Assembly (NCBI GenBank): GCA_027459745.1
Contig: DAIDHL010000003.1
Location: 1,125 to 65,124, forward strand
Source: Candidatus Levyibacteriota bacterium
GTDB taxonomy: Bacteria; Patescibacteriota; Microgenomatia; Levybacterales; UBA12049
DNA: 64,000 nt
Direction: 5' to 3'
The translations under genes and the position numbers were made by a program. Below are positions 38,673 through 46,511 of this stretch, piece by piece; the first letter of the stretch is position 1; each line of letters begins with the position of its first letter. The notes under the pieces were generated by a model. It was not told the DNA's origin. It made no database searches and saw only the letters and a list, made by a program, of their open reading frames with translations.

Positions 38673-39671
38673 ATGGATATACCTCCACTATTTCAAATCA
38701 CCAACAACATGTTAACCACTATTGCCCAAATAGAAGGATTGCGATCCTCATTGGAGATTACTCGAGTTCCTGATCTTATATTATCCCATTTACGTTCTGA
38801 AAGTTTGCTCAAAAGTTCTGTTTTTTCAGCTCAGATCGAAGGCAATACATTATCCGTTCAAGATATTCAAAATAGAGAATCAGAAAAAAATGAAACTGAT
38901 TACCAGCATCAAGAAGTTGAAAATATTATTAATGCTTTATCACTAATGCGAGAAAATGAACTTCCGCAAATTATTGATTTGGACTTCATATTAACATTAC
39001 ATAAACAAGTCATGCATAACTTGGTACATTCATCTCAAGCCGGAAAATTAAGACGGGAACCTAGTGCTATTTTTGATCAATCAGGCAATGTCGTTTATAT
39101 GACACCTCCTCCTTCACAATTAGAACCGCTGCTTTCAGATCTACTGCGTTTGATTAATCAATCTGATAATATCTTTCCTCTGATTAAAATTGCGCTTGTG
39201 CATCTCTGTTTTGAAAAAATTCATCCTTTCTTAGATGGCAATGGTAGGGTAGGTAGATTGATTATTCAAGCTTTGCTCGCCAAACATAATTATCATTTTC
39301 AGTGGTTACTTTCCATTGAAGAAGGCTTACAAGAGAAAAAACAAACCTATTATGTTTTGCTTGATAGAAATGATGCCAGTGAATTTATCGAATTCTTTTT
39401 GTCTGTGATTTTAGATGAAGCGGAAAAGTTAAAAGCTAATTTAAGTAATATTAACAATCCACAACCGCAAGATTTTCTTTTACCTCGGAGGAAAGAGATT
39501 TTAAATATTATTACAGAGCAAAATATAGTGTCTTTTGATCAATTACACCGTAGATTTTTAAAAATTCCTGATCGTACTCTGCGTTATGATCTACAACAGT
39601 TAGAAAAGGCTGGCTTTATACAAAAAGTCGGCACGACCAGAGGAGCAATGTATCAAGTTATCAAACATTAA
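38673..39671 (+). CDS. Fic family protein (class II) with C-terminal DeoR-like HTH
   Basis: HPFLDGNGRVGR, SAQIEGN, RTLRYDLQQL. Confidence 0.9.
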   Translation: MDIPPLFQITNNMLTTIAQIEGLRSSLEITRVPDLILSHLRSESLLKSSVFSAQIEGNTLSVQDIQNRESEKNETDYQHQEVENIINALSLMRENELPQIIDLDFILTLHKQVMHNLVHSSQAGKLRREPSAIFDQSGNVVYMTPPPSQLEPLLSDLLRLINQSDNIFPLIKIALVHLCFEKIHPFLDGNGRVGRLIIQALLAKHNYHFQWLLSIEEGLQEKKQTYYVLLDRNDASEFIEFFLSVILDEAEKLKANLSNINNPQPQDFLLPRRKEILNIITEQNIVSFDQLHRRFLKIPDRTLRYDLQQLEKAGFIQKVGTTRGAMYQVIKH

Positions 39672-39678
39672 GTATTAT

Positions 39679-39707
39679 TTGACAAAGCTATTATGTTTTG
39701 TTAGCAT
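39679..39707 (+). promoter_or_regulatory. Promoter of the Thr leader
   Basis: TTGACA-17 bp-TAGCAT. Confidence 0.6.
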
Positions 39708-39716
39708 AAACCAACT

Positions 39717-39767
39717 ATGTGCAAACTACTTAATATTTTTATGACCGGTACAACTACCTCTGTTTAG
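39717..39767 (+). CDS. Thr attenuator leader peptide MCKLLNIFMTGTTTSV
   Basis: Four Thr codons before the stop; antiterminator and terminator follow. Confidence 0.8.
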   Translation: MCKLLNIFMTGTTTSV

Positions 39768-39793
39768 CGGGGTTGTATTGATGTGCAATAGAT

Positions 39794-39816
39794 ACCCCGC
39801 AAAGCGGGGTTTTTTT
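39794..39816 (+). terminator. Attenuator terminator
   Basis: ACCCCGC-AAA-GCGGGGT plus T run. Confidence 0.9.
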
Positions 39817-39847
39817 ATGGTTTGATACCTAAAGAAAGGAGGAAAAA

Positions 39848-40087
39848 ATGGCAAAAGAAATAAAACTTGATGATTTTCATTTTGTCTCACCAGATGTGAG
39901 AGGACAGATTGTACCTGATTTTTATGAAAGACTAATTATCAGACAACCTGATCCACGTTTCAATCTTGATAGCCAAAATTATTTTGGAGCTCAAAGAAAA
40001 GATAAATTACCCAAAGCTTGTTTGGCAAAAGATAGGGCAAGAATCGATTCTATAAGAGCTCAACTAAAAATAGTTGCTAGACAATAA
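39848..40087 (+). CDS. Small orphan protein under the Thr attenuator
   Basis: 79 aa, SD AAGGAGG. Confidence 0.6.
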   Translation: MAKEIKLDDFHFVSPDVRGQIVPDFYERLIIRQPDPRFNLDSQNYFGAQRKDKLPKACLAKDRARIDSIRAQLKIVARQ

Positions 40088-40166
40088 TGATGAAAGCAGT
40101 AGAATGGTGGACGCTAGCTACCATTGTCTGCTTTATAAAAGCTCGAGTTTTTGCTATATTACAAAC

Positions 40167-41924
40167 ATGAACACATCAGATAATTTACAAAATCTACGTC
40201 ACACCAGTGCACATCTATTAGCTGCTGCTGTGCAAAAGCTTTATCCCGATGCTAAAAGAGCGATTGGTCCAGCCATTGAATCTGGTTTTTATTACGATTT
40301 TGAGTTTAATAAACCACTTACGGAAGAAGATTTACCCAAAATTGAGGAAGAGATGAAAACGATTCTCAAGACTTGGACAAAAACTGACCATCGAGAAGTA
40401 ACAAACAATGAAGCAATGAAACAATTTAACAATGAGCCTTATAAACTTGAACTAATTGAGGAATTTGCTAAAGAAGGAAAAACATTAACGATCTATAAAA
40501 ATGGCGAGTACGAAGACTTATGCAAAGGCGGCCATGCAGAGAATCCTGCCAAAGAAATTGGCGCTTTCAAACTTTTATCTCTGGCCGGCGCCTATTGGCG
40601 AGGCAGTGAAAAAAATAAAATGTTGACCAGAATTTATGGTACAGCTTTTTCTACTCAAGCTCAACTTGATGAATATTTATTGATGCAAGAAGAAGCCAAA
40701 AAAAGAGATCACAAAAAACTTGCTTCACAACTTGAACTATTCTTCTTTGATGATACTGCTCCTGGTATGGCTTATTGGTTACCCAAAGGGCTAACTCTAT
40801 ATAACACCTTGTATTCTTTTGCTCGAGAAATGTATAGAAAATATGGCTATCAGGAAGTTGCAACTCCTCAGCTCAATAAAAAAGAATTGTATGAAACTTC
40901 TGGTCATTGGGCACATTATCGAGATGATATGTTTTTATCACCCATGAGTTATTTGAGAGATGAATCAGACAATCCCATGGAGGGCAGCGAAGTATTTGGT
41001 GTAAAACCTATGAACTGTCCCAATCACATGCGTATATTTGCACATAAAACACGTTCATATCATGATTTGCCTTTGCGCTTAGCAGAAACGACGAGCCTAC
41101 ATAGATTTGAACTCTCTGGCACATTAAATGGTTTGTTTAGAATCAGACAATTTCGCCAGGATGATGCCCACATCTTTATTTATCCTGAGCAGGCTAAACA
41201 AGAATTTGAGAGTTTACTAAAAATGATTGAAGAAATGTATTCGCCATTTAATTTAACTTACCGCTTCAGATTTGGTACCAGACCAGACAGTCATTTGGGA
41301 GAAGCTTCTGACTGGGATATTGCAGAGGATGTATTACGAAAAGTTCTGAACGCGTCAGGTAAAGAATATTTTGAATTAGCGGGAGAAGGAGCATTTTATG
41401 GCCCTAAAGTCGATATTTTAATGAAAGATTCACTAGGTCGTGAATGGCAGACAGGCACAATTCAGTTGGATATTCAACAACCCAAACGCTTTGGGCTGCA
41501 CTATATAGACAGTGAAGGAAGTGAAAAAATGCCATTTGTCTTTCACAGAGCTATAGTAGGATCATTTGAACGCTTCTTAGGTATCTTAATTGAACACTTC
41601 GCCGGAGTGTTTCCATTATGGATGGCACCTATCCAAGTTGCGCTTCTTCCGATAGCAGATAGGCACGTCGAATACGCGCAGAAAGTCAAGAAGCAGCTTG
41701 AGCAACATGATATCCGAGTAGAAGTATCCGATAATGCTGATACCCTCCAGGCCAAGATACGCAACGCTACTTTACAAAAAGTACCACTTATGGGTATAAT
41801 AGGGGATAAGGAAATAGCTGCAGAAGCTATTTCTGTCCGTTCAAGAGCCGGAGAAAACTTGGGTAGCCAAGCAATCAACGACTTTTTGCAGAAAGTTAAA
41901 CAAGACATTGATAAAAAGATTTAA
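40167..41924 (+). CDS. thrS: Threonine--tRNA ligase
   Basis: RHTSAH, GFYYDF, RDHKKL, KPMNCP, AFYGPK; start MNTSD. Confidence 0.97.
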   Translation: MNTSDNLQNLRHTSAHLLAAAVQKLYPDAKRAIGPAIESGFYYDFEFNKPLTEEDLPKIEEEMKTILKTWTKTDHREVTNNEAMKQFNNEPYKLELIEEFAKEGKTLTIYKNGEYEDLCKGGHAENPAKEIGAFKLLSLAGAYWRGSEKNKMLTRIYGTAFSTQAQLDEYLLMQEEAKKRDHKKLASQLELFFFDDTAPGMAYWLPKGLTLYNTLYSFAREMYRKYGYQEVATPQLNKKELYETSGHWAHYRDDMFLSPMSYLRDESDNPMEGSEVFGVKPMNCPNHMRIFAHKTRSYHDLPLRLAETTSLHRFELSGTLNGLFRIRQFRQDDAHIFIYPEQAKQEFESLLKMIEEMYSPFNLTYRFRFGTRPDSHLGEASDWDIAEDVLRKVLNASGKEYFELAGEGAFYGPKVDILMKDSLGREWQTGTIQLDIQQPKRFGLHYIDSEGSEKMPFVFHRAIVGSFERFLGILIEHFAGVFPLWMAPIQVALLPIADRHVEYAQKVKKQLEQHDIRVEVSDNADTLQAKIRNATLQKVPLMGIIGDKEIAAEAISVRSRAGENLGSQAINDFLQKVKQDIDKKI

Positions 41925-42498
41925 TCGAAATCAAGATCAAAGAAAGCAATACCATATCAATGACCGCATTTATTCGGTAACATTGAGGGTACTTGATGCC
42001 GAAGGTAAACAGATCGGTATCATGGGGAAACATGAAGCACTGAGACTGGCAGCAGAACAAAATGTTGATGTAGTCGAAATTGTACCTAATGCAAATCCGC
42101 CCGTAGCCAAACTGATTGATTTCCAGAAATTTTTGTATCAAGAACAGAAAAAGAAGCAAGAGGAAAAACGCAAAGCTAAGACAACTGAGACAAAAGAAGT
42201 AAGATTGGGACCTTTTATGTCTGATAATGACTTACAAGTCATGATGAGACGAGCAAGAGAGTTCCTAAATAACGGTGATAAAGTAAGAATGGTTTTGAGA
42301 TTTCGCGGCCGTCAGATTACTCATCCAGAATTTGGATACAAGATGATGAGTAAAATGATTGAAGGCTTAGATGACATTTCAAAAGTAGACCGTGAACCTC
42401 ACTTAGAGGGTCACCAAATGGTTGGATTATTATCTGTAGAAAGGAATAAAAAAAATGAAAAAGAAGAAAATAAGCAAAGCAGCGGCCAGACGGTTTAA
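41908..42498 (+). CDS. infC: Translation initiation factor IF-3 (non-ATG start)
   Basis: IF3 N- and C-domain motifs; no ATG at the 5' end. Confidence 0.95.
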   Translation: MIKRFNRNQDQRKQYHINDRIYSVTLRVLDAEGKQIGIMGKHEALRLAAEQNVDVVEIVPNANPPVAKLIDFQKFLYQEQKKKQEEKRKAKTTETKEVRLGPFMSDNDLQVMMRRAREFLNNGDKVRMVLRFRGRQITHPEFGYKMMSKMIEGLDDISKVDREPHLEGHQMVGLLSVERNKKNEKEENKQSSGQTV

Positions 42499-42652
42499 AA
42501 TTACCAAAACAGGTAAGGTCATGTTTGCCCACCAATATGGCAGTCACAAAAAGTTAACTAAATCTAAACGTAGAATTCGTCGCCAAAAAGAACCAGCCCA
42601 GTTGCACGGAAGATTTGCATTTAAGATTAAAAAGATTTTAGGAGCAGCATAA
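42455..42652 (+). CDS. rpmI: 50S ribosomal protein L35
   Basis: KAAARRFKITKTGK; synteny. Confidence 0.93.
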   Translation: MKKKKISKAAARRFKITKTGKVMFAHQYGSHKKLTKSKRRIRRQKEPAQLHGRFAFKIKKILGAA

Positions 42653-42653
42653 T

Positions 42654-43004
42654 ATGGCAAGAGTAAAACGCGGGATGGTCTCCCGAAGAAAACATAATAA
42701 ATTACTTAAATTAGCTAAAGGCTATACGGGTACTAAGGGTCGTTTGGTCAGAACAGCAAAGCAAGCTGTTTTGCATGCAGGAGCTTATGCCTTCCATGGC
42801 CGCAAACTTCGCAAAAGAGATTTCCGTTCATTATGGATCACTCGCATCAGTGGTGCAGTCAAACAACAAGGTCTTTCTTATAGTGTTTTTATGAATAAGT
42901 TACAAAAGTCTAATATCGTTCTTGACCGCAAGATTTTGAGTGATTTGGTCGTCAATGATCCAGCTGCCTTCAAACATATAGTTGACACAGTTAAAGCAAA
43001 ATAA
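42654..43004 (+). CDS. rplT: 50S ribosomal protein L20
   Basis: MARVKRG, RKRDFRSLWITRI. Confidence 0.97.
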   Translation: MARVKRGMVSRRKHNKLLKLAKGYTGTKGRLVRTAKQAVLHAGAYAFHGRKLRKRDFRSLWITRISGAVKQQGLSYSVFMNKLQKSNIVLDRKILSDLVVNDPAAFKHIVDTVKAK

Positions 43005-43016
43005 TATTATAAATGC

Positions 43017-43088
43017 ATGAACTCACGTATTAACAATTCTTTTTGGTTTTACTTTACTTCCCCAACCGGGAGGCTTGTTAGTGCTTAA
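43017..43088 (+). CDS. PheM-like aromatic attenuator leader peptide MNSRINNSFWFYFTSPTGRLVSA
   Basis: FWFYF cluster right after rplT; TTGACA(42982)-17-TATTAT promoter; terminator follows. Confidence 0.78.
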   Translation: MNSRINNSFWFYFTSPTGRLVSA

Positions 43089-43116
43089 GCACTAACATTG
43101 GAGTAATCCAACTTAG

Positions 43117-43140
43117 ACCTCCCGAAAGGGAGGTTTTTTT
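43117..43140 (+). terminator. Attenuator terminator
   Basis: ACCTCCC-GAAA-GGGAGGT plus T run. Confidence 0.9.
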
Positions 43141-43191
43141 GTACTTATTTTTCAAAACATATTAACAAATATGAGAAAGGAGGTGAAATAC

Positions 43192-43473
43192 ATGTCAGTT
43201 GAAATAAACTCGAGTAAAGGATTAGATGTTGTACGCAAAATTGCAGCAAAAAGAAGGAGTGGCTTTATTATTAGTAATGATTCACTATCTCAAGCAGAAG
43301 TTACATTAGGCCAACGACATTCAAATGCAAACAGAAGAACTCGTTATGATGCTAGTTTACTACAACAAGCATCTGAACACGTTCCAGCTAGTTTGATGAC
43401 CGATGTTGTTAACAATGGATTAGCCATTTTGGTTGATTATACTGGAAATCTCTCGTTAAGAAGAGAACAGTAG
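43192..43473 (+). CDS. Orphan hypothetical protein
   Basis: Start MSVEIN after AAGGAGGTGA. Confidence 0.6.
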   Translation: MSVEINSSKGLDVVRKIAAKRRSGFIISNDSLSQAEVTLGQRHSNANRRTRYDASLLQQASEHVPASLMTDVVNNGLAILVDYTGNLSLRREQ

Positions 43474-43506
43474 AGAGAAATAAATAAGAAAGGAGGTGAG
43501 AATATT

Positions 43507-43923
43507 ATGTCACCAGAAATAAAAAAAGATGGAATTATAATTGCGAATGTTCCTGACAAAACAGGAACCTACGTAACTATAAACGGAATCAGCTTATATG
43601 TGAACACCGATCAAATCGATGCTCATAATAACAAACAACAAATCGCTCTTGATTGTGCTGAAATAGGGGGTAAACGCGTTATTGGCTTAACTCAAGAGGG
43701 TAAAGGGAAAAGTTCTGATCTTAAACGAGGAGATGGTAAACTACCGGAGATTGATGTGGTTTTAAACGACCGGCCAATTCGTGTGTCATATACTAGAGTT
43801 CAGCATGAAAGATATAGACCGCATGGATGGGGACTTTGGGGAGAACCGAGCCGAACTATAAAAACAGTACGAAAAGAGACTTACCGTAATCCAAATTGGC
43901 GAAATGGATACAGGGGTAGGTAA
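43507..43923 (+). CDS. Orphan hypothetical protein
   Basis: Start MSPEIK after AAGGAGGTGA. Confidence 0.6.
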   Translation: MSPEIKKDGIIIANVPDKTGTYVTINGISLYVNTDQIDAHNNKQQIALDCAEIGGKRVIGLTQEGKGKSSDLKRGDGKLPEIDVVLNDRPIRVSYTRVQHERYRPHGWGLWGEPSRTIKTVRKETYRNPNWRNGYRGR

Positions 43924-44011
43924 AACTGTTATACTGGGGTTAATTAATAGCGCACCCCAGCCTAAACAGTGAAAAATGTGTTAAATTATGTTACTCTTTT
44001 AGCTGAAACGT

Positions 44012-45160
44012 ATGTATTTTAAAACCGCCAAACGCTTAGAATTATTTTCAGAATATGTCTTTGCTAAAATTGGCAGGGAAGTGGCCAAAATCGAGAAAGA
44101 GGCTGGTAAAAAGGTACTCAATTTCGGCATTGGTTCTCCTGACGTGCCGACCAGTGAAATTTATTTAGACAAATTGGAAGAATATTTGCATGATGGCAAA
44201 ATGCATTTGTATCCGGGTTTTCGTGCATGTAAGGAATTGTCTGAAGCCTTAATCAGTTGGTATCAACAAAGATTTAATGTTGATTTAAATTCAGATGAAT
44301 TATTGCCATTGTTGGGCGCTAAAGAAGGAATCGCCCATTTGCCTTTGGCTTTATTAAATGAAGGAGATGAGATATTAATTCCCAATCCAGGTTATCCAGC
44401 CTACACCGATCCGGCCTTAATGATCGGGGCTAAACCGATTTATTATGATTTAACGGATAACGAAACAAATCCGATTGATTTAACATCCCTATCAAAATTA
44501 ATAACACCTAAAACTAAATGTATGTGGGTAAATTTTCCGTCTAACCCGACTGGAAAAATAATAACTCTATCAGCTTTGGAGGAATTAGTAGAGTTTGCTA
44601 AAAAGCACAATTTAATAATTCTTTATGACAATGCTTATGCCGAAATTACCTTTGATGGGAATAAAGCACCCAGTATTTTACAAATTAAAGGAGCCAAAGA
44701 CATTGCCATTGAGATAGGTTCATTTTCTAAAACGTATTCGTTCGCTGGTTTACGTATGGGTTGGATTGTGGGGAATAAACAAATTGTCGATGCTCTGGCC
44801 AAAGTAAAATCACAAGTTGATTCAGGCATGTGGTTACCTTTACAAAAACTTGGTGCTTATGCACTGACTAATCCTGATCTGGTTTGGCAGAAACAAATGT
44901 TAGAAAGTTATCAACTCAGAAGAGATATTATAGCTAAAAAGCTTAAAACACTTGGTCTGATATTTGAATTACCACGCGGAGCTTTATATATTTGGGCCAA
45001 AATTCCGGATACATATAAAAATTCAGAAGAATATTCCATGCACATTCTACACGAGAAAAAAATTCTTTTGACACCAGGTACCGCCTTCGGTTCCAATGGA
45101 GAACGCTTTGTCAGAGTAAGTTATTGTGTAAATATAGAGGGGATAGAGAGGTATTTTTAA
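44012..45160 (+). CDS. PLP-dependent aminotransferase class I/II
   Basis: NFPSNPTG, DNAY, SFSKTYSFAGLRMG. Confidence 0.92.
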   Translation: MYFKTAKRLELFSEYVFAKIGREVAKIEKEAGKKVLNFGIGSPDVPTSEIYLDKLEEYLHDGKMHLYPGFRACKELSEALISWYQQRFNVDLNSDELLPLLGAKEGIAHLPLALLNEGDEILIPNPGYPAYTDPALMIGAKPIYYDLTDNETNPIDLTSLSKLITPKTKCMWVNFPSNPTGKIITLSALEELVEFAKKHNLIILYDNAYAEITFDGNKAPSILQIKGAKDIAIEIGSFSKTYSFAGLRMGWIVGNKQIVDALAKVKSQVDSGMWLPLQKLGAYALTNPDLVWQKQMLESYQLRRDIIAKKLKTLGLIFELPRGALYIWAKIPDTYKNSEEYSMHILHEKKILLTPGTAFGSNGERFVRVSYCVNIEGIERYF

Positions 45161-45165
45161 TAGTT

Positions 45166-45284
45166 ATTGTCATCCCGAGCGAACGTAGTGAGTCGAGGGA
45201 TCTCTCGTGGATGCGAGAAACTTCACACATAAAATGTGAGATTCCTCCACTCCTTCACTTTGCTCAGTAGGTCGGAATGACAAT
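45166..45284. repeat. Palindromic REP/RPE-like element (copy B)
   Basis: ATTGTCATCCCGAGC...GTCGGAATGACAAT. Confidence 0.8.
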
Positions 45285-45338
45285 TTATCAAAATTAAAAA
45301 TTGGAAATTATTCAATATAGTATTATAATTAACACATT

Positions 45339-46373
45339 ATGGAAGAGGAATTATTGAGAATTAAAAACAACGCCATTTCACTCATCCTGGAAGCTAAAAG
45401 CAAACAAGAATTAAATGAAATCAAACTTCAATTTGTCGGACGTAGTGGTGAACTAACTAAAATATTTAAAGAAATAACCAAACTCTCTCCAGATAAGAAA
45501 GCTGAAGTAGGTAAAAAAATCAACGAAACCAAACAAATTGTCGAAAATTTAATCAACCAAACCGAGGCCAAACTTGGTGAAAAAGCCAGACAGCGAGTCG
45601 CCCATAATATTGACGTTACTGATCCGGCCGTCCTTCCTCCACTTGGACATTTACATCCAGTCACTCAGGTCATCGAAGAGATAACCAACATTTTCGAGCG
45701 TATCGGTTTTACCCGTGAACGTTATCCTGAAATTGATTTTGATTGGTTTGCATTTGAAGCACTAAATTTTCCCCAAGATCATCCAGCAAGAGATGACTGG
45801 GAAACGTTTTTTATAAGACAACAACCTGATCCCAAACATGGACCGGTTGTATTAATACCGCATACTTCAAACGGACAAATCCGAGAAATGTTAAATAAAG
45901 AACTACCTATCAAAATGTTAAATATTGCCAAGACTTATCGACGACAATCTGATGTTTCACACGCTGCGATGTTCCATCAGTTTGAAACTCTAGTCGTAGG
46001 CAAGAATATCTCCATAGTCCATTTAAAAGGTACTTTGGATTATTTTGTAAAATCATATTTCGGTGCCGATAGAAAAACTAGAATTAGACCATATCATTTT
46101 CAATTTACCGAACCTTCATTTGAAGTTGATATTTCTTGTGGAGTGTGTGATGGAAAGGGCTGTAAACTTTGCAAAGCTGGTTGGCTCGAATTGGGTGGGG
46201 CAGGGATGGTCCATCCAAATGTTCTAAAAGCATGTAATATCGATCCCAACGAATATTCAGGTTTTGCCTCAGGATTTGGTGTGGAACGAGTTCTAATGAT
46301 GCGTGAGGGTTTGCAGATAGATGATCTACGAACGTTGTATGGAAATAAGCTAGAGTTTCTAGAACAGTTTTAA
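45339..46373 (+). CDS. pheS: Phenylalanine--tRNA ligase alpha subunit
   Basis: HPARD, FHQ, FQFTEPS, GAGMVHP. Confidence 0.97.
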   Translation: MEEELLRIKNNAISLILEAKSKQELNEIKLQFVGRSGELTKIFKEITKLSPDKKAEVGKKINETKQIVENLINQTEAKLGEKARQRVAHNIDVTDPAVLPPLGHLHPVTQVIEEITNIFERIGFTRERYPEIDFDWFAFEALNFPQDHPARDDWETFFIRQQPDPKHGPVVLIPHTSNGQIREMLNKELPIKMLNIAKTYRRQSDVSHAAMFHQFETLVVGKNISIVHLKGTLDYFVKSYFGADRKTRIRPYHFQFTEPSFEVDISCGVCDGKGCKLCKAGWLELGGAGMVHPNVLKACNIDPNEYSGFASGFGVERVLMMREGLQIDDLRTLYGNKLEFLEQF

Positions 46374-46378
46374 CGCAT

Positions 46379-46493
46379 TGTGATCCCGACCGACTGAGCA
46401 AAGTGAAGGAGTGGAGGAATCTCTCGCGAATGCGAGAAAAATTGCACATAAAGTGCGAAATCCCTCGGCTCACTCCGTTCGCTCGAGATGACA
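46379..46493. repeat. Palindromic REP/RPE-like element (copy C), arms inverted relative to copy B
   Basis: ACTGAGCAAAGTGAAGGAGTGGAGGAATCTC is the reverse complement of the copy B right arm. Confidence 0.8.
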
Positions 46494-46511
46494 GATCAAC
46501 AAATAAAACAT

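Noticed and set aside
39679-40166. T-box riboswitch upstream of thrS (also considered for ilvB, pheS, tyrS)
   Set aside because: No AAGGTGGNACC T-box motif or stem I seen; leader-peptide model fits better
43013-43033. Alternative micro-ORF MHELTY upstream of the aromatic attenuator
   Set aside because: No control codons; ATG too close to the -10; the 43017 frame explains the structure
46105-46473. 122-aa minus-strand ORF and the many other antisense ORFs in the track
   Set aside because: Antisense shadows of well-supported genes or repeats, with no motifs
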